Shown: positions 10,701 to 21,356, numbered from the stretch's first letter. The stretch is DNA of 55,315 bases from Bacteroidia bacterium (GCA_965659745.1 CBFHXF010000008.1:1-55315), one strand, 5' to 3'. Numbers and translations: made by a program. The notes: generated by a model from the sequence alone, not told the origin.

Positions 10701-11113
10701 TCGTAGACAAGTTTGCCTTCACTCGCTTCGAACCAAGCGGTATGGTTGAAGGACATCCGAATGTGAAAAATGCGACGTCCATTGTAGACTATATATTCAG
10801 ATTATTAGGATTTGAATACTTGCACCGCGATGATTTGGTTCAGGTAAAACCTTCTGATTTACCAGGTCAAGCACCTAAATTGGAAGCTCCCGTAATCAGC
10901 GAATTCAAGCCTGTTTTTGATCCTGTTATGCCTGTTTCTTTAGATGAACAGCGCATGAAGAAAGCAGAAGCGGCGGGTGTAAAAGACATGCAAGACCATT
11001 TGCGCGACGTTCAAAGCGATGCACCTGCTTGTAATGTTTGTGGACATATAACTGTGCGCAGTGGTACGTGTTATAAATGCTTGAACTGTGGTAACAGTTT
11101 GGGATGTAGCTAA
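7784..11113 (+). CDS. nrdJ: Vitamin B12-dependent (class II) ribonucleotide reductase
   Basis: [34 protein letters not shown]; TSCPD-like region; C-terminal CxxC...CxxC zinc ribbon. Confidence 0.96.
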   Translation: MTRKTTITDAALTQGLRFGRMNTKANVSPFDQFEYDYRQSIIKKPDGSVVFEMNNVEVPKGWSQVATDILAQKYFRKAGVPQADGSLGSETSVKQTVHRLAATWRYWGEKHGYFASAEDAQTFYEEIVYSLLNQESAPNSPQWFNTGLHHVYGISGKPQGHYYVDPETEKLMKSTSAYERPQPHACFILSVDDDLVNEGGIMDLWVREARIFKYGSGVGTNFSKIRGAGEKLSGGGTSSGLMSFLRIGDRAAGAIKSGGTTRRAAKMVCLDLDHPEAMEFIKWKKEEEKKVAALIDGGYPSDYEGEAYNTVSGQNSNNSVRIPNLFFEKLEKGADWEFKARSTGETMKSMPAQQVWDEIGDAAWACADPGVQYDDTINEWHTCPEGGRINASNPCSEYMFLDNTACNLASLNLRKFFHEEDCTFNVEKLEYASRLWTTVLEISVLMAQFPSKEVAQLSYDYRTLGLGYANLGSVLMSAGIPYDSKEATAIAGAVTAILTGTAYATSAEMAATKGAFRMYEKNKKHMLRVIRNHRYAAYNTPLAFEGLSVAPVCIDEKFCPDYLLKSACSAWDKAVQLGEQYGFRNAQTTVIAPTGTIGLLMDCDTTGIEPDFALVKYKKLSGGGYFKIVNQTVPLALKNLGYKEQEIQDIVNYAKGHQTFVGAPFINHDSLKVKGFNMMDLKKLEEAAPMAFEIGFVFNKYTLGEECMERCGISAATYNSPDFDMLAELGFTDAQVEAANDFVVGTMTVEGAPHLKDEHLPVFDCANRCGNKGERLLHGFSHIRMMAAAQPFISGAISKTINLPNEATVDDIKSCYDLSWRLGLKANALYRDGCKLSQPLSNKSEKKEKSDRAEAAAIADGNNTIRIAEELTPEVVLEAAKHILNQSTDTKFKRQLSNIVEKKRLPNRRNGFTQKGRVGGQTIFVRTGEYDDGTLGEIFIDMHKEGASFRSLMNCFSIAVSVGLQYGVPLEEFVDKFAFTRFEPSGMVEGHPNVKNATSIVDYIFRLLGFEYLHRDDLVQVKPSDLPGQAPKLEAPVISEFKPVFDPVMPVSLDEQRMKKAEAAGVKDMQDHLRDVQSDAPACNVCGHITVRSGTCYKCLNCGNSLGCS

Positions 11114-11138
11114 GGGTTAATTACTAATTGATTGATAG

Positions 11139-11172
11139 AAGAGGCTGCATGAAAATGCAGTCTCTTTTTTTT
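11139..11172 (+). terminator. Intrinsic terminator after nrdJ
   Basis: AGAGGCTGCAT-GAAA-ATGCAGTCTCT hairpin followed by a T-tract. Confidence 0.85.
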
Positions 11173-11368
11173 GGGAAGCCCAAGCACGCCTTTTACTTGC
11201 CTTAAATGGGTAGTTAAATTGGTATTTATTTAGATGAATCCCATTATTTGAATAATACCGCGAATCAAATCTCATAAAGTTTATTTTGCGATTTTCGCAA
11301 GTGTAGGGGCTTTAGGTCGCATTTATATGAACAAAGCCGAAGATTTGGAGTAATTTTGTTTCACTATT

Positions 11369-12847
11369 ATGGCTTTCGAAAAGGTTACAAGAGAAGAAAA
11401 TTACAGTGAATGGTATAATCAGTTGGTTTACAATGCTGATTTGGCGGAACACAGTGCGGTAAAAGGGTGTATGGTTATCAAGCCCCATGGTTATGCCATT
11501 TGGGAAAACATGCAGAGCGTTTTAGATAAAATGTTCAAAGATACAGGCCATTCTAATGCTTATTTTCCATTGTTTGTGCCCAAATCTCTTTTTGAAAAGG
11601 AAGAGAAAAATGCCGAAGGTTTTGCCAAAGAATGTGCAGTAGTAACTCATTATCGCTTGAAAGCCGATCCTAATAAACCGGGTAGTTTAATGGCAGATCC
11701 CGATTCTAAGTTAACAGAAGAATTGGTGGTACGTCCTACCTCCGAGGCGATTATCTGGAATACCTACAAGAATTGGATTCAGAGTTATCGCGATTTGCCT
11801 ATACTGATCAATCAATGGGCGAATGTGGTTCGTTGGGAAATGCGCACCCGCTTATTTTTGAGAACGGCCGAATTTTTATGGCAAGAAGGTCATACAGCGC
11901 ACGCTACACAGGCGGAGGCATTAGAAGAGGCGACAAAAATGTTGGATGTATATGCCACATTTTCGGAAGAGTACATGGCCATTCCGGTTATTAAGGGCGT
12001 GAAAACCGAAAACGAACGTTTCGCGGGTGCCGTAGAAACCTACTGTATCGAAGGTATGATGCAAGACGGCAAAGCACTGCAAATGGGAACGAGCCACTTT
12101 TTAGGACAGAATTTTGCCAAAGCGTTCGATGTTACGTTCCAAAACAAAGAGGGTAAAATTGAATCCGTTTGGGCTACGAGTTGGGGCGTTTCTACCCGTT
12201 TGATGGGGGCCTTAATTATGGTTCACAGCGACGATGAGGGTTTGGTGATTCCTCCGAAATTAGCTCCGATTCATGTTGTTTTAGTGCCTATTTATCGTAA
12301 AGACGAGGAAAGAATTGCAGTAATTGAAAAAATAGATGAGATAGCGGCTTCTTTAAAGGCCGTTGGCTTGAAGGTGAAAGTAGACGATCGCGATACCCAC
12401 AAACCCGGTTATAAGTTTGCGGAGTGGGAGCAAAAAGGCATTCCCGTTCGATTGGCCTTAGGTCCTCGCGATTTGGCTCAGAACAGCATTGAATTGGCGC
12501 GTCGCGATTTGAAAACTAAGGAAGTGGTATCTATGGATGGACTTGAAACACGCATTCAGGAAATGTTGGAAGACATACAAAGTTCATTGTATAATAAGGC
12601 CAAAAGTTTCCTAGAAAGCCGCACCTATACCGTGAATTCTTGGGAAGAGTTTGTTGACGTTTTAGAGAACAAGCAAGGTTTTGCTTATGCACATTGGGAC
12701 GGTACCGGAGAAACAGAAGCCAAAATTAAAGAGATGACAAAAGCCACAATACGTTGCATTCCTTTAGACAATGTTCAGGAAGCGGGAACTTGCATACTTA
12801 CAGGATCTCCCAGCATTCAGCGTGTGCTTTTTGCTAAATCATATTAA
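11369..12847 (+). CDS. proS: Proline--tRNA ligase, archaeal/eukaryote-like type
   Basis: [52 protein letters not shown]-terminal FAKSY. Confidence 0.97.
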   Translation: MAFEKVTREENYSEWYNQLVYNADLAEHSAVKGCMVIKPHGYAIWENMQSVLDKMFKDTGHSNAYFPLFVPKSLFEKEEKNAEGFAKECAVVTHYRLKADPNKPGSLMADPDSKLTEELVVRPTSEAIIWNTYKNWIQSYRDLPILINQWANVVRWEMRTRLFLRTAEFLWQEGHTAHATQAEALEEATKMLDVYATFSEEYMAIPVIKGVKTENERFAGAVETYCIEGMMQDGKALQMGTSHFLGQNFAKAFDVTFQNKEGKIESVWATSWGVSTRLMGALIMVHSDDEGLVIPPKLAPIHVVLVPIYRKDEERIAVIEKIDEIAASLKAVGLKVKVDDRDTHKPGYKFAEWEQKGIPVRLALGPRDLAQNSIELARRDLKTKEVVSMDGLETRIQEMLEDIQSSLYNKAKSFLESRTYTVNSWEEFVDVLENKQGFAYAHWDGTGETEAKIKEMTKATIRCIPLDNVQEAGTCILTGSPSIQRVLFAKSY

Positions 12848-12849
12848 TT

Positions 12850-13395
12850 CTAAATCCAAATAACCTCTGATTCAGGGCGCTGCGCCTGGGTTCGTTTGGT
12901 GTTAATTCCCCCGATGAAAAAGTACCCGCAATGTATTTCTTCGGGGGAAATTTTCAGTGCGTTTCGCATCATGGGTGCGTCAATTTCGTTTCCGGTGGTC
13001 CAATAGCCTCCAAAAGTTTCGGACTCACAAAGGGTGAGGTAAATATTCTGTATAGCGGCACCGAGGCTGGCATATTCCTCCCAAAGGGGAACTTTTTGAG
13101 AGGGTTTTAGGATTATGGCTATGGCATGCGATAATTTTTGAGGGAATGACTGCATTTTAGCAATTTTGTCAGTATTGGGATCCGCATTCCGATTTCGGAA
13201 GCTGCTTTCGATTTGTTGTGCGAATAAAGGCAGTTTATCGGGTCCATACACTACAAATCTGAAGGGCAGGGTAAGTTTATGAGAGGGGGCCCAAATGGCG
13301 GCGTTAAGTAGGGTATTTATGAGTTCGTCGGGGGCTTTTTCGCCATTAAATTCCTTCAGAAAGTGGCTTCTGCGCTCTTGAATTTGTTTCAGCAT
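12850..13395 (-). CDS. Nitroreductase family protein (YdjA-like)
   Basis: IQERRS, AAIWAPSHKLTLPFRF, AAIQN, GGYWTTG. Confidence 0.85.
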   Translation of the reverse strand: MLKQIQERRSHFLKEFNGEKAPDELINTLLNAAIWAPSHKLTLPFRFVVYGPDKLPLFAQQIESSFRNRNADPNTDKIAKMQSFPQKLSHAIAIILKPSQKVPLWEEYASLGAAIQNIYLTLCESETFGGYWTTGNEIDAPMMRNALKISPEEIHCGYFFIGGINTKRTQAQRPESEVIWI

Positions 13396-14338
13396 CTTTT
13401 CGTTTTTTACGTTGCAGGTAGATGTTTACAAAAATAGCGCATAAAATAATGAGAGTGCCTAGGTAGAAGTTGATATTTAGTTCTTGGTTTTCTTTAAAAA
13501 TGAGAATTCCTAGTATGATGCCGTAAACGGGTTCTAAATTAACGGTAAGATTGGAGGTAAAGGCGCTGAGTTGGTTAAGGGCGATGGTGGCTAAGTAGAA
13601 AGTGAGGTTGGTGCAAACTATAGCTAATAAGAGGAGCCAAAGGAGGTCTAATGCTCCGTTTTGAAGGTTATTGATGTCGAATTCTTGGATATTGAAAGAG
13701 GGGATCAAGGTGGCTTGTGCCGGAAAGAAGAGTAAAATTACAGCCGTTAGGGAAATTCCCCCGGAAAGCATTTCGATGCTGCTGATGGTAAGGGGATGAG
13801 CATCTTGGATATATTTTTTATTGAGGGTGCTGAAGAGGGCAGCGAGGGCGGCGCTTATGATGCCAATGCCTATGGCTAGTGGGTAGGAGAGGTTGGGACT
13901 TGGAGGTTGTGGAAGGGAGAAACTAATAAGGGCTACACCCAGCACTACGATTAGACCCGAGGCAATTTCCTGTTTTTGGAAGGGTTGACGGGTAAGCCAT
14001 GGTTCAAATAGGGAGGTGAAAAAGGAGGCCGAACCGAGGCAGGCTAAGGTAATAGAAACAGAGTTTCCGAGTTTAATACTGCCGTAAAAAGTAAGCCAAT
14101 GTCCGGCCACTACAATGCCAATGAGCCAGAGTCGGAACAAGGTTTTTTTAGGGGTGTTTTTCACTAATTTCCATACGGAGGGAATCATGAAATAAACGGC
14201 GGCGGTTATGAGCATGCGGTGCCAAACGAGCTGCAGGGATCCGTAAGAAATAAGTTTGCCGAGTATGGCGGTGAAGCCCCAAAGAAATACAGAAATGTGT
14301 ATGTACAGATGCGCGCGGAGATAGGAGGGATTTTTCAC
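13346..14338 (-). CDS. DMT/EamA family transporter
   Basis: LWGFTAILGKLIS, HWLTFY, NLEPVYGI; about 10 TM segments; GTG start; overlaps the nitroreductase start by 50 bp. Confidence 0.88.
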   Translation of the reverse strand: MKNPSYLRAHLYIHISVFLWGFTAILGKLISYGSLQLVWHRMLITAAVYFMIPSVWKLVKNTPKKTLFRLWLIGIVVAGHWLTFYGSIKLGNSVSITLACLGSASFFTSLFEPWLTRQPFQKQEIASGLIVVLGVALISFSLPQPPSPNLSYPLAIGIGIISAALAALFSTLNKKYIQDAHPLTISSIEMLSGGISLTAVILLFFPAQATLIPSFNIQEFDINNLQNGALDLLWLLLLAIVCTNLTFYLATIALNQLSAFTSNLTVNLEPVYGIILGILIFKENQELNINFYLGTLIILCAIFVNIYLQRKKRKDAETNSRAQKPLSEGI

Positions 14339-14352
14339 GAGTGGGGTTCCTA

Positions 14353-14451
14353 TAAAAAATCAAGGCCGCGCAAAGTGCACGGCCAGGATGTTTGGTATGT
14401 AAAAGCGCGTAACAGTTGGCGTTACCTGTAACGGGTAACGATGCAAATATA
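14353..14451 (-). promoter_or_regulatory. Promoter and structured 5' leader (candidate attenuator) of the EamA gene
   Basis: Minus-strand TATATTTG (14451-14444); hairpin CGTTACC/GGTAACG (14440-14420); GC-rich hairpin GGCCGTGC/GCGCGGCC (14384-14364) followed by TTGATTTTTT. Confidence 0.5.
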
Positions 14452-14488
14452 CTAAAAAATCATAAATGGCAATGAAGTAAAGAAAAAA

Positions 14489-15565
14489 TCAATTGTATTT
14501 TCCTTTGTACTTCTGTTTTACTTCGTTTACGATGGTTCGGAGCTCCTGTTCTTTATCTTTATTCATTACTAAAAGCACTTCGTCGGAGTCTACCACTACC
14601 AGGTTGTCTACACCACTGATAACGGTCAGTTTATTGCCATTGGCATAAACGAGATTGTCTTGTGCGTCTTGTGCAATTGTGTTTTTACCTATGATGGCAT
14701 TTTGATGCCCGTCTTTTGGAGATACATCCCAAAGGCTTTTCCAGGTTCCTAAATCGCTCCAGCCAAAGTGGGAGGGCAGCACGAAAACGTTTTTTTCTTT
14801 TTCCATGATGCCGTAATCTATAGAAACGCTCGGACATTCGCCGTAGGCTCTTTCGATTTTGGATTTGCTATTTTCACTTTGGTAATCTATTTCATTGAAG
14901 AGGGCATGAATTTCAGGTAGTTTGTCTTCAAAACGGTTACAAATGGTTTGCACATTCCATGCAAAAATGCCGGCATTCCATAAGAATTCTTTGCTTTCGA
15001 TGAAACTTTTTGCGATTTCTTCGGTGGGTTTTTCCGTGAAGGTTTTCACAGGGTGAATGCCTTCTTGGATAGGATCTTTGGTAAATTGTATATATCCGTA
15101 ACCGGTATCGGGTCGTGAAGGTTTGATACCTAATGTAACGAGTCCGTCTTGTTCGGCGGCAAAATCAAGTGCTTTTAGGCTGATTGCGGCGAAATTAGGT
15201 TCGTCAGTAATGAGATGGTCTGAAGGGGCCACCATACAAACCGCATTTGGATTTTTCTGTTTGAGGTAATAGCTGGCAAAGGCGATGCAGGGGGCGGTAT
15301 TTTTGCCTAGTGGCTCCTTTAATATTTGTTCCTCGGTAATGCTGGGGATGTGTTCTTTGATGAGTTCGGTATAATCGGCATTGGCGACTATGTATATGTT
15401 TTCTTCAGGAATAAAATGGGCAAATCGTTTATACGTTTGGGTAATCAGCGACTGGCCGGTACCTAAAATATCCATGAATTGTTTGGGGAAACTTTTTTTA
15501 CTAACGGGCCAGAAGCGGGTACCGATACCTCCGGCCATAATGATGATATAATGATTTTTATTCAT
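14489..15565 (-). CDS. manC: Mannose-1-phosphate guanylyltransferase
   Basis: IMAGGIGTRFWPVS, PKQF, EPLGKNTAPCI, TGYGYI, FTEKP, WNAGIF, SIDYGIMEK, GWSDLGTW. Confidence 0.92.
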   Translation of the reverse strand: MNKNHYIIIMAGGIGTRFWPVSKKSFPKQFMDILGTGQSLITQTYKRFAHFIPEENIYIVANADYTELIKEHIPSITEEQILKEPLGKNTAPCIAFASYYLKQKNPNAVCMVAPSDHLITDEPNFAAISLKALDFAAEQDGLVTLGIKPSRPDTGYGYIQFTKDPIQEGIHPVKTFTEKPTEEIAKSFIESKEFLWNAGIFAWNVQTICNRFEDKLPEIHALFNEIDYQSENSKSKIERAYGECPSVSIDYGIMEKEKNVFVLPSHFGWSDLGTWKSLWDVSPKDGHQNAIIGKNTIAQDAQDNLVYANGNKLTVISGVDNLVVVDSDEVLLVMNKDKEQELRTIVNEVKQKYKGKYN

Positions 15566-15569
15566 GGGT

Positions 15570-16556
15570 TTATCCTATTATTCCTTCTTGATACAAATCG
15601 TGTAGGTGCACCATTCCAATATAGGTATGGTTTTCCGTAACAATGAGTTGTGTGATTTTGTGTTCTTGCATGATTTGAGCGGCTTCTACCGCCAATTCAT
15701 CAGCGGCTATTTGTCGTGGATTGGGACTCATTATATGCTGGGCTTGAAGGCTATTTAGTTCTTCGTTATGGGCTAGCATACGGCGGATATCGCCATCTGT
15801 AATGATTCCGAGTATGGAGTTATTATGAATAACGCAGGTAGCACCCAGTCTGCTTTCGGTGATGCTTACGATTACTTCTTTCCAACTGGTGGAGGGACTT
15901 ACAGACGGAGTGGCGTGTTGGTTGGCAATGTTGCCACAAGTGAGGTACAGTTTTTTACCTAGGGCTCCACCGGGATGGTATTTGGAGAAGTCTTCGTCGT
16001 TAAAATTGCGCAATTTAATGAGCGCAACCGCCAGGGCATCGCCCATTAGTAATTGGGCACTTGTGCTGGTGGTTGGGGCTAAATTATTTGGGCAGGCCTC
16101 TTTATTAATTGTAGTGTTAAGTACCCAATTGGCGTTTAGGGCCAATTGCGATTGCATATTGCCTACAATAGCAATAAGGGGGTTGTTGGTCTTTTTTAAT
16201 AGGGGAATAAGCGTGATCATTTCGGCGGTGTTGCCACTTTTGGAAATGGCAATAATCACGTCATTTTCTTGAATCATACCCAAATCGCCGTGAATGGCAT
16301 CTGCGGCGTGCATGAATAAGGCAGGCTGACCGGTGCTATTCATGGTGGCGCAAATTTTTTGGGCAATAATGGCACTTTTTCCAATTCCTGTTAAAACGAC
16401 ACGTCCTTTAGATAGCAGTATGGTTTTTACGGCATTTGCAAAATTTTCGTCCAAATATTTTGGCAGTTCTTGCAAACTAAGTAGTTCATCATTAAAGGCT
16501 TTGCGTCCTAATTCTATGATGGTTTCGTGGGAAAATTCAGCTGTTTTTGGGTTCAT
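15570..16556 (-). CDS. kdsD: KpsF/GutQ family arabinose-5-phosphate isomerase (SIS plus CBS pair)
   Basis: TGIGKS, HGDLG, EACPNNLAPTTST, GDALA, HPGGALG, GIITDGD. Confidence 0.93.
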   Translation of the reverse strand: MNPKTAEFSHETIIELGRKAFNDELLSLQELPKYLDENFANAVKTILLSKGRVVLTGIGKSAIIAQKICATMNSTGQPALFMHAADAIHGDLGMIQENDVIIAISKSGNTAEMITLIPLLKKTNNPLIAIVGNMQSQLALNANWVLNTTINKEACPNNLAPTTSTSAQLLMGDALAVALIKLRNFNDEDFSKYHPGGALGKKLYLTCGNIANQHATPSVSPSTSWKEVIVSITESRLGATCVIHNNSILGIITDGDIRRMLAHNEELNSLQAQHIMSPNPRQIAADELAVEAAQIMQEHKITQLIVTENHTYIGMVHLHDLYQEGIIG

Positions 16557-16737
16557 GTAATACAGAAATCAGGAAATGCGTTCCTAAAGTATCCACAAAA
16601 TAAGGGAAAAATAATGAAGCTTGTGGATTTGAATAGTAGGAAATACGTTTAAACATTTTTTATTTCGCAGTCTTAATGCATTGTTAACATACAAATTTGT
16701 TGTAATTTCACATACTTAATTACAGTAAAGAAAAAAG

Positions 16738-18945
16738 ATGACCGCTATAACTAGACATGACACCAAAGATCCGAAGGGATTCCTAAAGGAATTTTTCGGC
16801 TTTGACACATTCAAAGGCAATCAAGAGGTCGTGATACAAAGTATCATGGACGGTAAAGATTGTTTTGTGATCATGCCTACGGGCGCGGGTAAATCGATGT
16901 GTTATCAATTGCCTGCCATGATGATGGAGGGAACGGCCATTGTGATTTCGCCTTTGATTGCGTTGATGAAAAACCAGGTCGACAATCTCCGCGGATTTTC
17001 AAGTAATAGTGGTTTGGCGCATTTTTTAAACAGTTCACTCAATAAGGCAGACTTTAATCAGGTAATAGAGGATGTTATTTCTGGGGAAACCAAACTGTTG
17101 TATGTGGCTCCAGAAACACTCAAAAAGCAAGAAACCTTAGATTTATTAGCGAAAATAAAGGTTTCTTTCGTGGCTGTAGACGAGGCGCATTGTATTTCTG
17201 AGTGGGGCCATGATTTCAGGCCAGAATACCGTAAAATTAAACAGATGGTGCGCAATATTGGCAATATTCCAATATTGGCATTAACCGCTACTGCCACACC
17301 CAAAGTACAGCATGATATTCAAAAGAATTTGAATATGCTGGATGCCAATCTTTTCAAAAGTTCATTCAACCGTCCGAATCTATATTATAAGGTAAGACCT
17401 AAGGGTCGTAAAGATGTGGTTCATAAAGAGATTATCACCTTTATTCAACAACATCAGGACTCTTCAGGAATTGTGTATTGTTTGTCTCGCAAAAAGGTAG
17501 AAGAAATTGCGCAGATGTTGGAGCGCAATGGCATAAAGGCGCTACCTTATCATGCGGGTTTGGACTCTAAAGTGCGTGCGCAGCATCAAGATGCTTTCTT
17601 GATGGAGAAATGCGACGTTATTGTGGCCACCATTGCCTTTGGAATGGGTATTGACAAGCCCGATGTGCGTTATGTAATTCATTATGATGTTCCCAAAAGC
17701 TTAGAAGGATATTACCAAGAAACGGGTCGGGCAGGCAGGGATGGCATGCGCGGCGATTGTTTGTTGTTTTATAACCCCAATGACATAGAGAAATTGGAGA
17801 AGTTTATGAAAGACAAACCGGTTGCCGAACAAGAAATTGGGCGTTTACTTATTGCGGAAACTGAAGCGTTTGCAGAAAGCAGTCAGTGCAGACGCAAGTT
17901 ATTGCTTCATTATTTCGGAGAAGAATTTAGCGAAGACGATTGTGAAAAGATGTGCGACAATTGCGCACACCCCAAGCCAAAGGAAAATGTGGAGAGCGCG
18001 ATGCTCATGGCATTGGAGATGGTTGCGGAAATAAAAGGTGAGTTCACATTGACCCACTTGGTGAATGTGATTATTGGAAATACAGCCGAAGCGCAAATTA
18101 AGCACTACGGTCATCATTTAATGTCGCACTTTGGTAAAGGCAAGGAGCGCGACAAAATATTTTGGAAATCTGTATTCCGCTTGGCTCTTGTAGAGGGTTT
18201 CTTGCACAAGAATATTGAGCGTTACGGATTATTGAGCCTTACGCCTAAAGGCGGAGCTTACTTATTAGAACCATATGAGCTATTTATGCCCGTAGATACA
18301 GAGTTCGACCATGTGAGTGACGAAGACTTCGATAGCTTCAAACTCGAATCCCTCAGCGACAAAAATTTGTTTAAAGGACTTAAGGATTTACGCCGAAAAG
18401 TTGCGCAGGAGATGGAATTGCCTCCCTATGTAATTTTTCAAGATCCGAGTCTGGAAGACATGGCTACCAAGTACCCGATTACTATCGAGGAATTAGCCAA
18501 CATCAATGGGGTGGGAAGAAACAAAGCCCAGAAATTTGGGGCTCCCTTTATTGCCTTCATCGAAAAGTATGTAAAAGACAACGAAATCGATAGACCGATG
18601 GAAGTTGTTTTGAAAGGCAACTCTGAGCGTTCTGCCAAACGCGTGAACATCATTTTGAACATCGACAAAAAGGTAGATTTACCAGACATTGCCGATCAGT
18701 TAAAAATTGAGTTTAACGAGATGTTGGAGGAATTAACTCAAATCGTGAATTCCGGCACCAAGATTAACATTCGTTACTTTTTGAATCAATTCTTAGATGA
18801 GGATCTTCAAGAAGAAATTGTGGATTATTTCCGCAATGAAGAAGTGGAAGATATTGATGCAGCGGTAGCCTATTTCGATGGTGAATTTAACTATGAAGAA
18901 CTCAAATTGATGCATCTTCAGTTTATGAGTGATGTAGCCAATTAA
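16738..18945 (+). CDS. recQ: ATP-dependent DNA helicase RecQ
   Basis: MPTGAGKS, VDEAHCISEWGHDFRPEY, ALTATAT, ATIAFGMGIDKPDVR, QETGRAGRDG, Zn-binding Cys, RQC and HRDC regions. Confidence 0.96.
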   Translation: MTAITRHDTKDPKGFLKEFFGFDTFKGNQEVVIQSIMDGKDCFVIMPTGAGKSMCYQLPAMMMEGTAIVISPLIALMKNQVDNLRGFSSNSGLAHFLNSSLNKADFNQVIEDVISGETKLLYVAPETLKKQETLDLLAKIKVSFVAVDEAHCISEWGHDFRPEYRKIKQMVRNIGNIPILALTATATPKVQHDIQKNLNMLDANLFKSSFNRPNLYYKVRPKGRKDVVHKEIITFIQQHQDSSGIVYCLSRKKVEEIAQMLERNGIKALPYHAGLDSKVRAQHQDAFLMEKCDVIVATIAFGMGIDKPDVRYVIHYDVPKSLEGYYQETGRAGRDGMRGDCLLFYNPNDIEKLEKFMKDKPVAEQEIGRLLIAETEAFAESSQCRRKLLLHYFGEEFSEDDCEKMCDNCAHPKPKENVESAMLMALEMVAEIKGEFTLTHLVNVIIGNTAEAQIKHYGHHLMSHFGKGKERDKIFWKSVFRLALVEGFLHKNIERYGLLSLTPKGGAYLLEPYELFMPVDTEFDHVSDEDFDSFKLESLSDKNLFKGLKDLRRKVAQEMELPPYVIFQDPSLEDMATKYPITIEELANINGVGRNKAQKFGAPFIAFIEKYVKDNEIDRPMEVVLKGNSERSAKRVNIILNIDKKVDLPDIADQLKIEFNEMLEELTQIVNSGTKINIRYFLNQFLDEDLQEEIVDYFRNEEVEDIDAAVAYFDGEFNYEELKLMHLQFMSDVAN

Positions 18946-19021
18946 CAATCGTGAATTATTTTTTATCGGTTTGACGCTGTAATGGACGTATTTTTGCCCT
19001 AATTCAACCCGTTTTACGCCT

Positions 19022-19528
19022 TTGAATCAGGATATCCATCAGCTAGAAACCGTTTTTCGGAAGTTCCGTCCAGGATTGGTCGCATATGCGAATACCATCG
19101 TAAATAATGCCGACGATTCTGAGGAAATTGTTCACGACGTTTTTCTTTCTTATTGGAATGGCGGGCAATTCAGGGAGATTCAAGACGAAAACTCCCTGAA
19201 AAGCTACCTTTTTACTTCCGTTCGCAATCGCTCGCTCAACCACATTCGCAAAGCTAAAGTCGATTACAACGATTTACCCGATAACGATATATATTTAGAT
19301 ACCGACCCGGGTATTGTAGAAACGATTGCGGTTAAAGAAATCCAAGAAAAACTCAATTATCTCATAGAGCAGCTGCCTACTAAATGTCGGCAGGTATTTA
19401 TCATGAGCCGCAATTACGAATTATCGCACAAGGAAATAGCGGAGTTATTAGATATTACCCCCAAAACGGTAGAAAATCAAATCTCTATCGCGCTGAAGTT
19501 TTTGAGGAATTATTTCCCGAGAAATTAA
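19022..19528 (+). CDS. ECF RNA polymerase sigma-70 factor (Bacteroidota expansion family)
   Basis: Region 2 EEIVHDVFL and LKSYLFTSVRNRSLN; region 4 LSHKEIAELLDITPKTVENQISIALK; TTG start. Confidence 0.88.
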   Translation: MNQDIHQLETVFRKFRPGLVAYANTIVNNADDSEEIVHDVFLSYWNGGQFREIQDENSLKSYLFTSVRNRSLNHIRKAKVDYNDLPDNDIYLDTDPGIVETIAVKEIQEKLNYLIEQLPTKCRQVFIMSRNYELSHKEIAELLDITPKTVENQISIALKFLRNYFPRN

Positions 19529-19533
19529 AACGA

Positions 19534-20664
19534 TTAGTTGTGTAACTGAATCATTTCTTCGTAAACAGCTACATACTGATCCAATATGCTATTGAGATCA
19601 AAGGATTTGGCTTGTTCCAAGGCGTTTTTACGGAATTGAATGAGCTTGTCATCGTCTTGTAACAAGGTTAAAGCATTGGCCGCCATTTCCTCATAATTTC
19701 CGATATCAGATAAAAAGCCCGTAACACCGTCAATGTTTACTTCTGGAAGTCCGCCAGCATTGCTAGAAATCACAGGAACTTCACAGGCCATTGCTTCTAA
19801 TGCGCTCAAACCAAAGCTCTCGCTTTCTGATGGCAGTATGAACAGGTCGCAAATACTCAGAATTTCTTCGATGGCTTCTTGTTTGCCTAAATAGGTAACT
19901 TTATTGCAGACATGCAATTCGCGGCATACTTTTTCGATGTTGGAGCGCTCGGGTCCGTCGCCAATTAAAAGCAATTTAGCCGGAATTTTCTGTTGGATGA
20001 TATCAAAGATGCGCACCACATCTTCCACTCTTTTAACCTTGCGGAAGTTGGAAGTATGCACTAAAATGCGTTCGTTATTGGGTGCAATTAAATCTTTAAA
20101 ATGCTGACGTGGTTTTTTATTGAATCTTTCGAAATCAATAAAATTTGGAATCATTCTAATAGGTCGCTTTACGGCAAAATGTTTTTGGGTATCGCGAACC
20201 AAACTATCAGAAACGGCAGTAACGGCATCGCTTTGATTGATGCTCCAGGTGACAACGGGCTCGTAGCTGGCTTCGCGGCCTACTAGGGTAATATCGGTGC
20301 CATGTAAAGTGGTAACCACGGGCATATTGATGCCTTCTTCTTTTAGAATCATTTTGGCAAGAAGGGCAGCCGATGCATGGGGTATGGCGTAGTGCACATG
20401 CATCAGTTCGAGTTTATTACTCTTTACGATTTCAACGATTTTTCCGGCAAGTGCCGTTTCATAAGGGGCATGTTGAAAAAGGGGATATTGAGGAATATAG
20501 ACTTCATGGTAGAAAATATTTTCCACAAAAGCTTCTAAACGTGCAGGTTGGCTGTAGCTTATGAAGTGTACTTGATGTCCTTTTTTTGCAAGGGCCTTTC
20601 CTAATTCGGTAGCTAAAACGCCGCTTCCTCCGAAGGTGGGATACAAAACGATTCCAATTCTCAT
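19534..20664 (-). CDS. bshA: N-acetyl-alpha-D-glucosaminyl L-malate synthase (GT4)
   Basis: [55 protein letters not shown]. Start set to ATG 20664 (MRIGIV). Confidence 0.92.
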   Translation of the reverse strand: MRIGIVLYPTFGGSGVLATELGKALAKKGHQVHFISYSQPARLEAFVENIFYHEVYIPQYPLFQHAPYETALAGKIVEIVKSNKLELMHVHYAIPHASAALLAKMILKEEGINMPVVTTLHGTDITLVGREASYEPVVTWSINQSDAVTAVSDSLVRDTQKHFAVKRPIRMIPNFIDFERFNKKPRQHFKDLIAPNNERILVHTSNFRKVKRVEDVVRIFDIIQQKIPAKLLLIGDGPERSNIEKVCRELHVCNKVTYLGKQEAIEEILSICDLFILPSESESFGLSALEAMACEVPVISSNAGGLPEVNIDGVTGFLSDIGNYEEMAANALTLLQDDDKLIQFRKNALEQAKSFDLNSILDQYVAVYEEMIQLHN

Positions 20665-20727
20665 TATAGTATTAACAAAGTTCCACAAAAAATGGCGGTA
20701 TTGGGCTTATATTTACGTTATTATTTT

Positions 20728-21174
20728 ATGCAGGAAGTCGAACTGTTTTCAGATGAGTACTTTATGGGAAAGGCCTTGCAATTGGCGCAACAAGCCTTTG
20801 ATGAAGATGAGGTTCCTATTGGCGCTGTGGTGGTGCATAACCAGCGAATAATTGCCAAAGGATACAACCAAACCGAAAAGTTAACCGATGTAACGGCGCA
20901 TGCTGAGATGCTAGCTATTACAGGTGCGGCTCAATTTTTGGGATCTAAATTCTTAGATGAATGTACCTTATATGTTACGGTAGAACCTTGTACCATGTGT
21001 TTTGGTGCTGTGCAATGGGCGCGGCCGGCGCGATTGGTTTACGGCGCTTCAGAACCTAAAACGGGCTATCATGGAAAAGGACTGATAGCAGCCCCTAAAA
21101 TGGAGGTGGTTTCCGGTGTATTAGAAGCGGAGTGTGCGGCGCTCATGAAGTCGTTTTTTGCTTCAAAGCGTTAA
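20728..21174 (+). CDS. tadA: Nucleoside deaminase, TadA family
   Basis: EVPIGAVVV, TAHAEM, EPCTMC. Start ATG 20728 preferred. Confidence 0.85.
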   Translation: MQEVELFSDEYFMGKALQLAQQAFDEDEVPIGAVVVHNQRIIAKGYNQTEKLTDVTAHAEMLAITGAAQFLGSKFLDECTLYVTVEPCTMCFGAVQWARPARLVYGASEPKTGYHGKGLIAAPKMEVVSGVLEAECAALMKSFFASKR

Positions 21175-21356
21175 TAATTGATTTTTGAAATATTTGAGTA
21201 GCCTATACAAATATGTTTAGGACAACTTTTAAATATTGGGTTTACGCTGATTTGAATAACCGTTCAAATTAGGGTTGTTTATTGTAATTGATGGGTTTTC
21301 TGTGATTAAGAAGTACTCCGAATATATGGTTTGTTCTGCTGGGGTTGCTATAGGAG

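Noticed and set aside
7784-11113. Intein or intron in nrdJ
   Set aside because: Continuous ORF; no LAGLIDADG or HN-C/S/T splice motif seen; the length is explained by known NrdJ domains
11286-11300. Palindrome TTGCGA-TTT-TCGCAA upstream of proS; possible T-box leader
   Set aside because: Single short palindrome; no T-box motif; the promoter lies 10 nt from the ATG, leaving no room for a leader
14489-18945. manC-kdsD-recQ as a capsule or LPS island
   Set aside because: No other polysaccharide biosynthesis genes adjoin; it looks like ordinary core gene order
21249-21271. AT-rich hairpin between convergent tadA and lipoprotein genes (similar weak hairpins at 2326-2352 and 6078-6103)
   Set aside because: Weak or imperfect stems; possibly terminators but not supportable, and no ncRNA signature
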